Shown one piece after another: positions 24,168 through 34,108 of a stretch of DNA of 64,000 nucleotides. The notes beneath the pieces were generated by a model, which was not told the DNA's origin, did no database searches, and saw nothing but the letters and a program-made list of their open reading frames with translations. Where the stretch lies: the NCBI GenBank assembly GCA_964627425.1, contig CAZVIY010000007.1:63510-127509 (forward strand), given 5' to 3'. The position numbers were made by a program, and so were the translations under genes. Source of the stretch: an uncultured Gemmatimonadota bacterium (GTDB lineage Bacteria > Gemmatimonadota > Gemmatimonadetes > Palauibacterales > Palauibacteraceae). Within the stretch, counting starts at the first letter, position 1, and every line of letters begins with the position of its first letter.

Positions 24168-25594
24168 GCCCGGAGGAGCCGTCCCTGTTCGGGTCCGACG
24201 GGCCGGAGGGGGCCGGCGGCCGGGGCCTCCGCGGCGGCTCCGATCCCTTCCAGGTGGCCGACGACGCGCCCCTGGCCTCCCGGATGCGCCCCCGGACGCT
24301 GGAGGAGTTCGTGGGGCAGGAGAACGTGGTGGGGGAGGGGAGCGGGCTCCGGCGGCTCATCCGCCGGGACCGCGTCCCGAGCCTCATCCTCTGGGGGCCG
24401 CCGGGGAGCGGGAAGACCACCCTGGCCGCCGTGGTGGCACGGGCCACCGACGCCGCCTTCGTCCCCTTCAGCGCCGTCAGCGAGGGGGTGCCCCGCCTCC
24501 GCGAGGTCATGGCCGAGGCGAAGGAGCGCCGGCGGGCCACGGGGACGGACACCATCCTCTTCGTGGACGAGATCCACCGCTTCAACAAGGCCCAGCAGGA
24601 CGCGCTGCTGCCCCACGTGGAGGAGGGCACGGTGACCCTCATCGGCGCCACCACCGAGAACCCGAGCTTCGAGGTGGTGGGCCCGCTCCTGAGCCGCAGC
24701 CGGGTCTTCGTGCTGGAGGCGCTGGAGGCGGAGGAGGTGGCCGAGATCTGCCGCCGGGCGCTGGAGGACCGGGACCGGGGGCTCGGCGAACGGGAGCACG
24801 AGGTGGAGCCCGGGGCCCTGGAGCGGCTGTCGGTGGAGGCCGACGGCGACGCCCGGCGGGCGCTGAACGCCCTGGAGACGGCGGCGGAGCTGGCGGGCCC
24901 CGGGGGACGGATCACCACGGAGCACGTGGCCGAGGCCCTGCAGCGGCGCTTCCCCCGGTACGACAAGTCGGGCGAGGAGCACTACAACCTGATCTCGGCC
25001 CTCCACAAGGCCGTCCGCGGCTCCGATCCCGACGGCGCCCTCTACTGGCTGGCCCGCATGCTGGAGGCCGGCGAGGACCCGCTGTATCTGGCCCGGCGCC
25101 TGGTGCGGATGGCCGTGGAGGACGTGGGGCTGGCCGACCCCCGGGCGCTGGGGGCCTGCATGGCGGCCCGGGACGCCTACCACTTCCTGGGCTCCCCCGA
25201 GGGGGACCTGGCCCTGGCCCAGGCCGCCGTGTACCTGGCGGTGGCCCCCAAGTCGAACCGGGTCTACGAGGCCTTCGGCGAGGCCCGGGGGGCCGCCCGG
25301 GAGACGCCGGCCGAGGGGGTGCCGCTCCACATCCGGAACGCTCCCACCGAGCTCATGGACGATCTGGGCTACGGCGAGGGCTACCGCTACGATCACCACG
25401 AGGCCGACGGCGTGGCTCCCCAGCACTACCTGCCGGAGCCCCTCCGCGGGCGCCGCTTCTACCGGCCCGGGGACTCGGGCTGGGAGGCCCGGGTGGCCGA
25501 GCGGCTGCGGGAGATCCGCCGCCTCAGGGAGCAGGGAGCCGACGGAGAGGGGGAGCCGGGACCCCGCCCGGACGACGAGGGTAACGTCACCTGA
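24164..25594 (+). CDS. rarA: Replication-associated recombination protein A (AAA+ ATPase MgsA/RarA)
   Basis: [54 protein letters not shown], and the C-terminal MgsA helical and tetramerisation region ([25 protein letters not shown]). GTGA overlap with cca. Confidence 0.85.
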   Translation: MSPEEPSLFGSDGPEGAGGRGLRGGSDPFQVADDAPLASRMRPRTLEEFVGQENVVGEGSGLRRLIRRDRVPSLILWGPPGSGKTTLAAVVARATDAAFVPFSAVSEGVPRLREVMAEAKERRRATGTDTILFVDEIHRFNKAQQDALLPHVEEGTVTLIGATTENPSFEVVGPLLSRSRVFVLEALEAEEVAEICRRALEDRDRGLGEREHEVEPGALERLSVEADGDARRALNALETAAELAGPGGRITTEHVAEALQRRFPRYDKSGEEHYNLISALHKAVRGSDPDGALYWLARMLEAGEDPLYLARRLVRMAVEDVGLADPRALGACMAARDAYHFLGSPEGDLALAQAAVYLAVAPKSNRVYEAFGEARGAARETPAEGVPLHIRNAPTELMDDLGYGEGYRYDHHEADGVAPQHYLPEPLRGRRFYRPGDSGWEARVAERLREIRRLREQGADGEGEPGPRPDDEGNVT

Positions 25595-25660
25595 TGCTGC
25601 CAGAGCGGCATTTCTCGCGACGACGCGGACCCTGACACGGGAGGATCGACCCCGAGCGCG

Positions 25661-26962
25661 ATGTGGGAGACACCGGAGTCGGCGGCCTCGGAACGGGCGG
25701 TGCTGGTAGGGGCGCCCCCCCTGGACCGCCCCGAGCGGATCGTGGACGAGCACCTGGCGGAGCTCGAGCGGCTGGCCGACACGGCGGGCGCGGAGGTCGT
25801 CTCGGTGATGATCCAGCGCCTGGACTCCCCCCGTCCCGCCATGTACATCGGCTCGGGGAAGGCCGACGAGCTCGGCCGCCTCTGCGAGCGACGGGACGCC
25901 TCGCTGGTGATCTTCGACGAGGACCTGAGCCCCGCCCAGGGCACCGCCCTGGAGAAGCGGATCGACACGCGGGTCATGGACCGGACGGAGCTGATCCTCG
26001 ACATCTTCGCCCTCCGGGCCCGGACCTCCGAGGCGAAGCTCCAGGTGGAGCTGGCCCAGCTCCAGTACATGCGCCCCCGCCTGAAGCGCATGTGGACCCA
26101 CCTCTCCCGGATGGCCGGCGGCATCGGCGCCCGGGGCCCCGGTGAGCAGCAGATCGAGACGGACCGCCGGATCATCGACCGCCGCATCACGCGGCTCCGC
26201 GACGAGCTGGAGGGGATCCGGCAGTCCCGGGACACCCAGCGCAAGGGACGGGAGAACGAGTTCCAGGTGGCCCTGGTGGGCTACACCAACGCCGGGAAGT
26301 CCTCCATCCTCCGGGAGCTCACGGGGAGCGACCTGGTGGTGGAGGACCGTCTGTTCGCCACCCTGGACCCCGCCACCCGTCAGGTGGACCTGGGCGACGG
26401 CTACACCGCCCTGATCAGCGACACCGTGGGCTTCATCCGCAAGCTCCCCCACCATCTGGTGGCCTCGTTCCGGGCCACCCTGGAGGAGGTGGAGCAGGCC
26501 GACGTGCTGCTCCACGTGGTGGACGCCTCGGCGTCCAACTGGGAGCGGCAGGTGGAGGCCGTGAACGAGGTCCTGGGCGAGCTGGGCGGCGAAGAGGGCA
26601 GGGTGGTGCTGGTCTTCAACAAGATGGACCAGCTCACCCACTCCGAGGAGGAAGCCCTCCGGGAGCGGAGCGCCCGGATGCTCGGTTCCCGGGTCATGAC
26701 CTCGGTCCGCGAGGAGGAGGGGCTGGACGAGCTACGGTCGCTCCTCCGGGAACGGATCCGCTCCTCGCTCCCCACCGTGGAGCTCACCCTCCCCGCCGCC
26801 GACGGCCGGACCCTGGCCGAGGCCTACCGGGAGGGCGAGGTGCTGGACCAGCGCCAGGACGGCACCGACATCATCGTCACGGCCAGGGTCCCCGAGGCCC
26901 TGCTCGGCCGCTGGGAGAGCCAGGAGAACCTCCGGGTGAAGCGCCGCGAAGCCGCGGCGTGA
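25661..26962 (+). CDS. hflX: GTPase HflX
   Basis: The HflX N-domain (VLVGAPPLDRPERIVDEHLAELERLADTAGAEVV...) and G motifs VALVGYTNAGKSSILREL, DTVGF and NKMD. Confidence 0.9.
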   Translation: MWETPESAASERAVLVGAPPLDRPERIVDEHLAELERLADTAGAEVVSVMIQRLDSPRPAMYIGSGKADELGRLCERRDASLVIFDEDLSPAQGTALEKRIDTRVMDRTELILDIFALRARTSEAKLQVELAQLQYMRPRLKRMWTHLSRMAGGIGARGPGEQQIETDRRIIDRRITRLRDELEGIRQSRDTQRKGRENEFQVALVGYTNAGKSSILRELTGSDLVVEDRLFATLDPATRQVDLGDGYTALISDTVGFIRKLPHHLVASFRATLEEVEQADVLLHVVDASASNWERQVEAVNEVLGELGGEEGRVVLVFNKMDQLTHSEEEALRERSARMLGSRVMTSVREEEGLDELRSLLRERIRSSLPTVELTLPAADGRTLAEAYREGEVLDQRQDGTDIIVTARVPEALLGRWESQENLRVKRREAAA

Positions 26963-27915
26963 GCGACGAGGAAGGAGCGGCGGCCGGCGACCGGGAGGGG
27001 GACCCGCCCCGGGCCGTCCTCGTCGGTCCCGGCAGGATCGGCCTCACCCTGGCCGAGGCCCTCCAGGCCGCCGCCGCCCACGACGCCGTCCAGGTGACGG
27101 GCCGGGGCCGGGAGGCGCCGGCGTTCCTGGCCGGCCGGCCGGGCATCTCCTACCTGTCCGCCGACGACTGGCGCCCGCCCTCGGGTGCCGGCCCCCTGGA
27201 GGTCTTCTTCGCCGTTCCCGACGAAGCCCTGGAGCCGGCGGCCCGGGAGTGGGCCCGACGGCTCGACCGGGCGGGAGCGGCGCCGGCCCGGGCCTTCCAC
27301 ACCAGCGGCTCCCATCCGCCGGACGCCCTGGCTCCCCTCCGCGAGCTGGGAGCGTCGGTCGGGGTGATCCATCCCCTCCGGGCCGTCCCCGAGCCCCGGC
27401 CCGGGGCGCTCTCCGGGGCCTGGTTCGGCATCGCCGGACGGGAGGGGGGGCGGCGTCGGGCCCGGGAGCTGGCGGCCTCCCTGGGCGGCCGGACCCTGGA
27501 GATCCGGGCCGGCGCCTCGGCCCGGTACCACGCCGCCGCGGTCCTGGCCTCCAACCTCCTGGCGGGCTGCCTGCTGCTGGCCCGTCGCGAGATGGCGGCC
27601 GCCAGCGACGCTTCCCCCCGGGAAGTCCGGGCCGCCCTGGACGACCTGGCCCGGTCGGCGCTGGAGGCCGTGGAGGGAGAGGAGCGCGGCGGCGGGATCA
27701 CCGGCCCCCTGGCCCGGGGGGACCTGGAGACGGTGGGCCGACACCTGGCCTCCCTCGATTCCACGGCCCGCGACGCCTATGCTGCCCTGACCCGGGCCCT
27801 GGCCCGGGAGGGCCCGAGCCCGGAGACGGACGTTCGGGCCCGGCTGGAGGAGCTCACGGGCCGGGCCGACGCCGGCGCGAGCGACGCCACCAACGTCGAG
27901 GAAGGAGGGGACTGA
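26959..27915 (+). CDS. Rossmann-like DUF2520 domain protein (predicted NADP-dependent oxidoreductase)
   Basis: [16 protein letters not shown] is an N-terminal dinucleotide-binding motif, and the C-terminal DUF2520-like region contains HPLRAV...[10 protein letters not shown]. The GTG overlaps the hflX stop. Confidence 0.55.
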   Translation: MSDEEGAAAGDREGDPPRAVLVGPGRIGLTLAEALQAAAAHDAVQVTGRGREAPAFLAGRPGISYLSADDWRPPSGAGPLEVFFAVPDEALEPAAREWARRLDRAGAAPARAFHTSGSHPPDALAPLRELGASVGVIHPLRAVPEPRPGALSGAWFGIAGREGGRRRARELAASLGGRTLEIRAGASARYHAAAVLASNLLAGCLLLARREMAAASDASPREVRAALDDLARSALEAVEGEERGGGITGPLARGDLETVGRHLASLDSTARDAYAALTRALAREGPSPETDVRARLEELTGRADAGASDATNVEEGGD

Positions 27916-27919
27916 GCCC

Positions 27920-28651
27920 ATGCGGCTTCACATCAACGTGGACCACGTGGCCACGGTCCGGCAGGCCCGCCGGACCGACGAGCCCGATCCGGTGCGGGCG
28001 GCGCTCATCGCCGAGCTGGGCGGCGCCGACGGCATCACCGTGCACCTGCGGGAGGACCGGCGCCACGTCCAGGAGCGGGACGTGGAGCTCCTGCTGGAGA
28101 CGGTGACGACGCTGGTGAACCTGGAGCTGGCCGCCGACGACGAGGTGCTGGCCCTGGCCGAGCAGTGGCGACCGCACCAGGCCACCCTGGTGCCGGAGCG
28201 GCGCCAGGAGATCACCACCGAGGGCGGGCTCGACCTGTCGGGCGAGGCCGCCGACCGGATCGCCGGAGCCACCCGGCGGCTGAAGGAGGCCGGCATCCGG
28301 GTGGCGCTGTTCATCGATCCCGAGGAGTCGGCGGTGGCCCGGTCCGCGGAGATGGACGCCGACGCCGTGGAGCTCCACACCGGCGAGTACGCCAACGCCG
28401 GGGACGCGGCGGGCCGGGAGTGGGAGCTGGAGCGCCTGCGGCGGGCGGCGGAGGCCACGGCCCGGGCGGGGCTGGGCGTGCACCTGGGCCACGGCCTCAC
28501 CTACCGGAACGTGGAGCCCGTGGCCGCCATCCCCGAGGCCGAGGAGCTGAACATCGGCCACTCGGTGGTGAGCCGGGCCGTGATGGTGGGCATGGAGGAG
28601 GCGGTGCGGGAGATGGGCCGCCTGATCCGCGACGCCCGGCCGGCGGGCTGA
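27920..28651 (+). CDS. pdxJ: Pyridoxine 5'-phosphate synthase
   Basis: [51 protein letters not shown]...VNLELA...[18 protein letters not shown] is collinear with PdxJ. Confidence 0.9.
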   Translation: MRLHINVDHVATVRQARRTDEPDPVRAALIAELGGADGITVHLREDRRHVQERDVELLLETVTTLVNLELAADDEVLALAEQWRPHQATLVPERRQEITTEGGLDLSGEAADRIAGATRRLKEAGIRVALFIDPEESAVARSAEMDADAVELHTGEYANAGDAAGREWELERLRRAAEATARAGLGVHLGHGLTYRNVEPVAAIPEAEELNIGHSVVSRAVMVGMEEAVREMGRLIRDARPAG

Positions 28652-28697
28652 GCGCGCCGTTTCCGATCCACGAGAGCGAACGCGTGGAGGCCCGCCG

Positions 28698-29792
28698 GTG
28701 AGGCGATGGGTGAAGGTGGCGGTGGGCCTGGTGGTCTCGGTCGGCCTGCTGTGGTGGGTCCTCCACGACGTCTCCCTGACCGAGCTGTTGCGGCGCGTCC
28801 GGCGGGCCGATCCCTGGCTCCTGACCGGCATGGTGGCCCTGGCCACCTTCGCCTTCGTCATCCGTGCCCTCCGGTGGCACGTCCTGCTGCTCCCCGGTCT
28901 CCCCGATTCCCGGTTCCACTCCCGGTGGTCGGCGGTGTGCGTAGGGTTCATGGCCAACAACATCCTCCCGGCGCGGCTGGGGGAGTTCGCCCGGGCGTAC
29001 GCCCTCTCCCGGAGCGAGCCCATCGGCACCTCGGGGGCCTTCGCCTCCATCGTGGTGGAGCGCGTGTTCGACGGCCTGGTGGTGGCCTTCTTCCTCTTCA
29101 TGGCCATGGCCTTCCCGGAGCTCCTGGGGGAGGGGGCCGAGACGGGGACCACCGTGCGGAACCTGGCCCTGGGCGGCGCCGCCGTCTTCGGCGCGGTCCT
29201 GGTGACGCTGGGCCTGCTGGTACGGAAGCCGGAGGCCAGCCTCCGGCTCTTCGAGGCCGTGGCGGGCCGCCTGCTCCCCGCCGACTGGGGGGAGCGGGCC
29301 ACCGAAACGCTGGCGAGCTTCATGGAGGGCCTGGGCGCGGTCCGCGACCTCGGCCTCTTCGTCCGGGCGGTGGCCTGGTCGTTGGCGCTCTGGTTGTGCA
29401 TGGCGGCCTCGGTGTGGCTGGGGCTCCTGGCCTTCGACATCCGGGGGCCCGGCTTCACCGGAGCGCTGCTGGTCCAGTCGGTCATCGCCTTCGCCGTGGC
29501 CCTCCCGTCCAGCCCCGGCTTCTTCGGTCCCTTCGAGGCCGGGGCCCGGATCAGCCTGGGGCTGTACGGCATCGATGCCACCAGCATCGCCAGCTTCGCC
29601 ATGGGCTACCACATCCTCACCTTCATCCCCGTGACGCTGCTGGGCCTCTGGTACCTGAACCGGCTGGGCCTGCGCTGGGCCGACGTGGAGCACAGCGACG
29701 AGCTGGTGGAGTCGGGCGCGGAGCGGGAGCCGCGGGCCGCGGGGGCCGCGACGGAGACCGAAGGTGGCTCCGTAGGAGGCGGGGATGGGTGA
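28698..29792 (+). CDS. Flippase-like / lysylphosphatidylglycerol-synthase-TM-region (UPF0104) family membrane protein
   Basis: A 364-aa polytopic membrane protein (LLWWVLHDV...FMANNILPARLGEFARAYAL...) with the LPG_synthase_TM-like pattern. Confidence 0.6.
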   Translation: MRRWVKVAVGLVVSVGLLWWVLHDVSLTELLRRVRRADPWLLTGMVALATFAFVIRALRWHVLLLPGLPDSRFHSRWSAVCVGFMANNILPARLGEFARAYALSRSEPIGTSGAFASIVVERVFDGLVVAFFLFMAMAFPELLGEGAETGTTVRNLALGGAAVFGAVLVTLGLLVRKPEASLRLFEAVAGRLLPADWGERATETLASFMEGLGAVRDLGLFVRAVAWSLALWLCMAASVWLGLLAFDIRGPGFTGALLVQSVIAFAVALPSSPGFFGPFEAGARISLGLYGIDATSIASFAMGYHILTFIPVTLLGLWYLNRLGLRWADVEHSDELVESGAEREPRAAGAATETEGGSVGGGDG

Positions 29793-30828
29793 GGACGGTG
29801 CCGCCCACGGGGGCGAGGGCCCGGAGGGGCCGGCGCTTCCGGCCCGGGCCAAGACGAACCTCCGCCTGCGCGTGTTCGGGCGGGACGCCTCGGGCTACCA
29901 CGGCCTGGAGACCCTCTTCCTCCGGCTGGAGCTGGCCGACACGGTGCGCCTCCGGGAGGGCCCGCCGGGCTCGGGGATCCGCCTCCGGCTGGAGGCGGGG
30001 GAGGGAATCGAGCTCGGCTCGGTGCCGGAGGGCCCGGAGAACCTCTGCCTCCGGGCGGCCCAGGCGTACCTGGAGGCGTCCCGGGAGGCCGGGGGGGACG
30101 CTACGGACCTGGTGATCGAGCTGGAGAAGCGGATCCCCGCCGGCGCCGGTCTGGGCGGCGGGAGCGCCGACGCGGCGGCGGTCCTCCGGCTCATGGACCG
30201 GCGGGCCGGCGGGGCCCTCTCCCGGGAGCGGATGTTCCGCCTGGCCGGCGAGCTGGGGAGCGACGTGCCCTTCGGCCTCCTGTCCTCGCCGGCGGCCCTG
30301 GGCTGGGGGCGCGGCGGCCGGCTCCTGCCCCTCCGCCCGCCGCCGGCGCGCCCGGCGCTGGTGGTGCTCCCCGGGCTGGGGATCTCCACCCCGGAGGCCT
30401 ACCGCTGGCTGGACGAGGACCGGTCGGCCGGGGCGGACGGAGCGTCGGACGGGAGCGGCGCGGGTGCCGCGGGCAGAGGAGAGGTCGGCGGAGAAGTCGG
30501 CGACCCCGCGTCCCGGGCCACGGCCCTCCCGCCGCCCGACGAGCTCCGCTGGTGGGAGAGCCTGGCGGAGCTGGCCGCCAACGACTTCGAGGGCCCCGTC
30601 TTCCGGCGCCACCCGGAGATCCGCGAGGCCCGGGATCTGGCCTCCGCCGGGGCCACGCTGGCCCTGCTCTCCGGCAGCGGCGACGCCGTGGTGGGGGTCT
30701 ACCCCGACGCCGGCGCCCGGGACCGCGCCGGGCGGAGGGTGGTAGAAGAGTGCGGATTCCGGGTCGTCAGGACCCGGACGGTCTCATCCTCGGCGGAGCT
30801 CGCCGCCGACCGCTGGCCCCTCGTCTAA
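29785..30828 (+). CDS. ispE: 4-(cytidine 5'-diphospho)-2-C-methyl-D-erythritol kinase with Gly-rich internal insertion
   Basis: GHMP kinase motifs AKTNLRLRV, IPAGAGLGGGSADAAAVL and SGSGDAVVGVY. The RBS is GTAGGAGG. The last 5 codons overlap the 5' end of tRNA-Gln. Confidence 0.8.
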   Translation: MGEDGAAHGGEGPEGPALPARAKTNLRLRVFGRDASGYHGLETLFLRLELADTVRLREGPPGSGIRLRLEAGEGIELGSVPEGPENLCLRAAQAYLEASREAGGDATDLVIELEKRIPAGAGLGGGSADAAAVLRLMDRRAGGALSRERMFRLAGELGSDVPFGLLSSPAALGWGRGGRLLPLRPPPARPALVVLPGLGISTPEAYRWLDEDRSAGADGASDGSGAGAAGRGEVGGEVGDPASRATALPPPDELRWWESLAELAANDFEGPVFRRHPEIREARDLASAGATLALLSGSGDAVVGVYPDAGARDRAGRRVVEECGFRVVRTRTVSSSAELAADRWPLV

Positions 30829-30884
30829 TGGCAAGACACCGGCCTTTGGAGCCGGCGATCCAGGTTCGAATCCTGGGGGGCCAA
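30814..30884 (+). tRNA. tRNA-Gln (anticodon UUG); CCA end not encoded
   Basis: Hand-folded cloverleaf: acceptor TGGCCCC/GGGGCCA (U1-A72 as in bacterial tRNA-Gln), D-stem GTCT/AGAC, anticodon stem CCGGC/GCCGG with loop CTTTGGA, T-arm CCAGG-TTCGAAT-CCTGG, and discriminator A followed by TGC. Confidence 0.8.
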
Positions 30885-30894
30885 TGCTGACGGA

Positions 30895-32262
30895 TCAGCC
30901 CCCCACCGCCGGCGTCCGCTCGCCGCCCTCCACGTAGACCACGCCGCCCTTCATGACGAAGTGCATGTCCCTCAGCGCTTCGGGGTCCTCCAGGGGGTCG
31001 CCCTCCACGGCGACGATGTCGGCCAGCATGCCGGGCTCGATGGCGCCGATCCGGTCCTCCATGCCCAACAGCCGGGCGTTCACGCCGGTGGCCGCCCGGA
31101 TGGCGTCCATCATGGGGTAGCCGGTCTCGGCCATATAGACGAACTCCCGGGCGTTCTCGCCGTGGGGGAAGACGCCGGCGTCGGTGCCGAAGGAGATGGG
31201 CACGCCGGCCCGCCACGCCCGGCCGAAGGTCTCCTGGATCTTCGGGCCCAGCTCCCGGGCCTTGGGCACCACCACCGCGGGATAGTAGCCCTCCACCTCG
31301 GCAAGCTCGGCCACCTCCTTGCCGGCGGTGATGGTGGGGACCAGGTAGCTGTCCCGCTCGACCATGAGCTCCATGGTCTCCTCGCTCATCAGCGTGCCGT
31401 GCTCGATGGTCTTCACGCCGGCCCGGACGGCGCGGGCCATCCCCTCGTCGCCGTGGGCGTGGGCCGCCACCTGCACGCCCCAGTCGGAGGCGGTCTCCAC
31501 GATGGTCCGGATCTCCTCCTCGGAGAACTGGGGCCGCTGGCCCTCCCGGGCCACGCTGAGGACGCCCCCGGTGGCGGTGATCTTGATCCAGTCCGCCCCC
31601 TGCTTGATCTGATGCCGCACACCTTTCCGGGCCTCGGCCACGCCGTCCACCACGCTCTGGTGGGGCCCCGGCTCGCCCATGAGGTCGCGGCGGTAGCCGT
31701 TGGTGGGGTCGGCGTGGCCGCCGGTCACCCCCAGGGCCTCGCCGGCGCTCACGATCCGGGGGCCCGCCACCCGTCCGGCGGCGACGGCCTGCCCGAGGGA
31801 CGTGTTCACCCCCGAGCCGCCCACGTCCCGGACGGTGGTGAAGCCGGCCTCCAGGGTCCGCCGGGCGAAGACCACGGAGCGGAAGGCCCGGTCCTCGGGG
31901 TTCAGCGTGAACTGCTCCAGGAACCGGTCCGGGTTGGTTTCCCCCTCCAGGTGGACGTGCATGTCGATGAGCCCCGGCATCACCGTGGCGTCGCTGAGGT
32001 CCACCAGCCGGTCGCCCTCGCCGGGCTCCGCGAACCCGTCCTCCACGGCGGCGATCTCGCCGTCCTCCACGACGACGGTCATCCCGGAGCGGGGCTCCTC
32101 GGACGTGCCGTCGATGAGGGTGCCGGCGTGGATGTAGGTGCTCTGGGCCGTCAGGGCGCCGGGGGCCAGGCACAGGAGGACGAAGCAGAGGACGGCCGCC
32201 ACGGAGGCGGGACGGATCGAGCGGGCGCACGTGACGGGGCCGCGCACGATGGAGCTGCGCAT
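30895..32262 (-). CDS. Secreted metal-dependent amidohydrolase family protein
   Basis: A signal peptide (VAAVLCFVLLCLAPGALTAQS), metal ligands PGLIDMHVHL, HAHGD and FGTDAG, and imidazolonepropionase / Xaa-Pro dipeptidase-like architecture. Confidence 0.8.
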   Translation of the reverse strand: MRSSIVRGPVTCARSIRPASVAAVLCFVLLCLAPGALTAQSTYIHAGTLIDGTSEEPRSGMTVVVEDGEIAAVEDGFAEPGEGDRLVDLSDATVMPGLIDMHVHLEGETNPDRFLEQFTLNPEDRAFRSVVFARRTLEAGFTTVRDVGGSGVNTSLGQAVAAGRVAGPRIVSAGEALGVTGGHADPTNGYRRDLMGEPGPHQSVVDGVAEARKGVRHQIKQGADWIKITATGGVLSVAREGQRPQFSEEEIRTIVETASDWGVQVAAHAHGDEGMARAVRAGVKTIEHGTLMSEETMELMVERDSYLVPTITAGKEVAELAEVEGYYPAVVVPKARELGPKIQETFGRAWRAGVPISFGTDAGVFPHGENAREFVYMAETGYPMMDAIRAATGVNARLLGMEDRIGAIEPGMLADIVAVEGDPLEDPEALRDMHFVMKGGVVYVEGGERTPAVGG

Positions 32263-32357
32263 GGTGGACCTCCGGGTGAGGGATCTGGGTTCGTCGCGAC
32301 CAGGAGACCGAAAAATGATAGGGGATCGCCCGCGGTCGGACCACGGGACTGCAGGGA

Positions 32358-32440
32358 GGGGGGCGGTCAGCGGGGACGGACAGCGGGGGGCGGACAGCGG
32401 GAGTCGGTCAGTGGGGCGCGGTCAGCGGGGGACGGACGGC
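32358..32440 (+). repeat. Intergenic G-rich tandem repeat, about 6 copies of a 14-nt unit CGG(A/T)CAGCGGGG(R)N
   Basis: Direct reading: gcggtcagcgggga cggacagcgggggg cggacagcgggagt cggtcagtggggcg cggtcagcggggga cggacggctgggg. It lies in the divergent promoter region between the amidohydrolase (-) and the PQQ dehydrogenase (+). Confidence 0.65.
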
Positions 32441-32565
32441 TGGGGCGAGGAATGCGAGGGGGGAGTGGCCCTCATAGATTGAGGGCCGGCGCGTTCCGTG
32501 CCCTCCCGGCCCGGCCGCCGTCTCGTCGCGCCCGCCGTTTCGATCCGATCAGCCGAGAGGTCGCC

Positions 32566-33972
32566 ATGCGCACCGTCGTCTCCCTCCTCGCCTCGCTCCT
32601 CCTCCTCGCCTGCACGGCCTCCGCCCAGGAGACCGACGATCCCTTCCCCGAGCCCATCGAGGCCGAGGAGGGCACGGTGGTGGTGGAGGTGGAGCACTTC
32701 GCTGCGATCCCCGACGCCGATGGCGAGCCGGCCCGGATGATGACCCTGGTCCACGAGCCCGGCACCGACCGCCTCTTCGTGAGCGACCAGCGGGGCACCC
32801 TGTACGTGCTGGACGAGGGCGGCGAGGTCGGGACGTACCTGGACGTGGACGACGCCCGGTGGGGCGTGGAGGTGGACGCCGGGTGGCGGGAGAAGGGCGT
32901 GCAGAACTTCGCCTTCCACCCACAGTTCGCCCAGGAGGGGGCGCCCGGCTACGGGAAGCTCTACGTGTGGACCGACACCCACCGGACCGACCCGGAGCCC
33001 GACTTCCGGCCCTCCGGCGGCGACGACTCCCACGACATGGTGCTCCTGGAGTTCACCGCGGCCGACGCCGGGGCCGCCTCTTACGACGGCGGCTCGCCCC
33101 GGGAGCTCATGCGCTTCGAGCAGCCCTACGGCAACCACAACGGGGGCGAGCTCACCTTCAATCCCCTGGCCGGGCCCGGCGATCCGGACTACGGCCTCCT
33201 CTACGTGGGGGTGGGCGACGGGGGCGCCGGCGGGGATCCCCACGACATGGCCCGGGACCCGTCCTCGGCCTTCGGGAAGGTGCTGCGGATCGACCCGCTG
33301 GGCTCCGACGGGGTCTCGGGAGAGTACGGCGTACCCCCGGACAACCCCTTCGTCGGCGACGAGGGCACCCTGGACGAGATCTATCTCCTGGGCCTGCGCA
33401 ACCCTCAGCACCTGGCGTGGGATCCCGCCGACGGCGCCATGTTCGTGGCCGACATCGGCCAGAACACGGTGGAGGAGGTGAGCCGGGCCGAGGCCGGCGA
33501 CGACCTGGGCTGGAACGAGTGGGAGGGCAGCTTCCGGTTCACCGGCTCGGTGAGCCTGGAGGACCCCCGGAGCGATCCCGAGGTCACGTACCCGGTGGCC
33601 GAGTACGACCAGGAGGACCCGCTGCTCATCGGCCGGGCCGCCGTCACCGGCCTCCACGTGGTCCGGGACGGAGCGGTCCCGGCGCTGGAGGGACAGCTGC
33701 TGTTCGGCGACCTGCCCAGCGGGGAGCTCTTCCACGTGGACGCCGACGACCTGCCCGACGGCGGCCAGGACGCCATCCGCCGGGTGCTGTTCGACCCGGG
33801 CGACGGCGAGCCCCGGACCCTGCGCGAGCTGGTGGAGGAGACGCGCCGGGAGCAGGGACGGGACGAGGCGGGCCGGGTGGACCTCCGGCTGGGCACGGCG
33901 CCCGACGGACGGATCTTCCTGCTGAACAAGCACGACGGGGTGCTCCGGGTGGTGGTCCCCGGGAGCGGGTGA
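32566..33972 (+). CDS. PQQ-dependent sugar dehydrogenase (soluble aldose/glucose dehydrogenase, SGDH family), secreted
   Basis: A signal peptide MRTVVSLLASLLLLACTASAQ, beta-propeller motifs PYGNHNGGELTFNP, GLLYVGVGDGG and LLGLRNPQHLAWD. The ATG has a GAGAGG RBS. Only the C-terminal 468 aa of the long track ORF are real. Confidence 0.75.
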   Translation: MRTVVSLLASLLLLACTASAQETDDPFPEPIEAEEGTVVVEVEHFAAIPDADGEPARMMTLVHEPGTDRLFVSDQRGTLYVLDEGGEVGTYLDVDDARWGVEVDAGWREKGVQNFAFHPQFAQEGAPGYGKLYVWTDTHRTDPEPDFRPSGGDDSHDMVLLEFTAADAGAASYDGGSPRELMRFEQPYGNHNGGELTFNPLAGPGDPDYGLLYVGVGDGGAGGDPHDMARDPSSAFGKVLRIDPLGSDGVSGEYGVPPDNPFVGDEGTLDEIYLLGLRNPQHLAWDPADGAMFVADIGQNTVEEVSRAEAGDDLGWNEWEGSFRFTGSVSLEDPRSDPEVTYPVAEYDQEDPLLIGRAAVTGLHVVRDGAVPALEGQLLFGDLPSGELFHVDADDLPDGGQDAIRRVLFDPGDGEPRTLRELVEETRREQGRDEAGRVDLRLGTAPDGRIFLLNKHDGVLRVVVPGSG

Positions 33973-34108
33973 GACGGGTTACCGGAACCGGGTGAGCCGG
34001 GTTCCCGCGAGCGGATAGACGCGTCCGTGGAGCCCGCCCACCGGGCCGGGCCGGCGGGAGGTCCCGGCGCCGGCGCCCGCCCGCCTCAGCCCCGGTCGCC
34101 CACCCGCC

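Noticed and set aside
23834-26641. 935-aa minus-strand ORF antisense to rarA and hflX
   Set aside because: It sits opposite two strongly supported genes and has low-complexity composition.
33973-34108. Direct 23-nt repeat (cgcctcagccccggtcgcccacc / cgcctcagtcccggtcgtccgcc) in the convergent spacer between the PQQ dehydrogenase and GntR genes
   Set aside because: It is short and imperfect and sits partly inside the GntR 3' coding region. It is most likely a coincidence of GC-rich sequence or a weak terminator region, and is not called as a feature.
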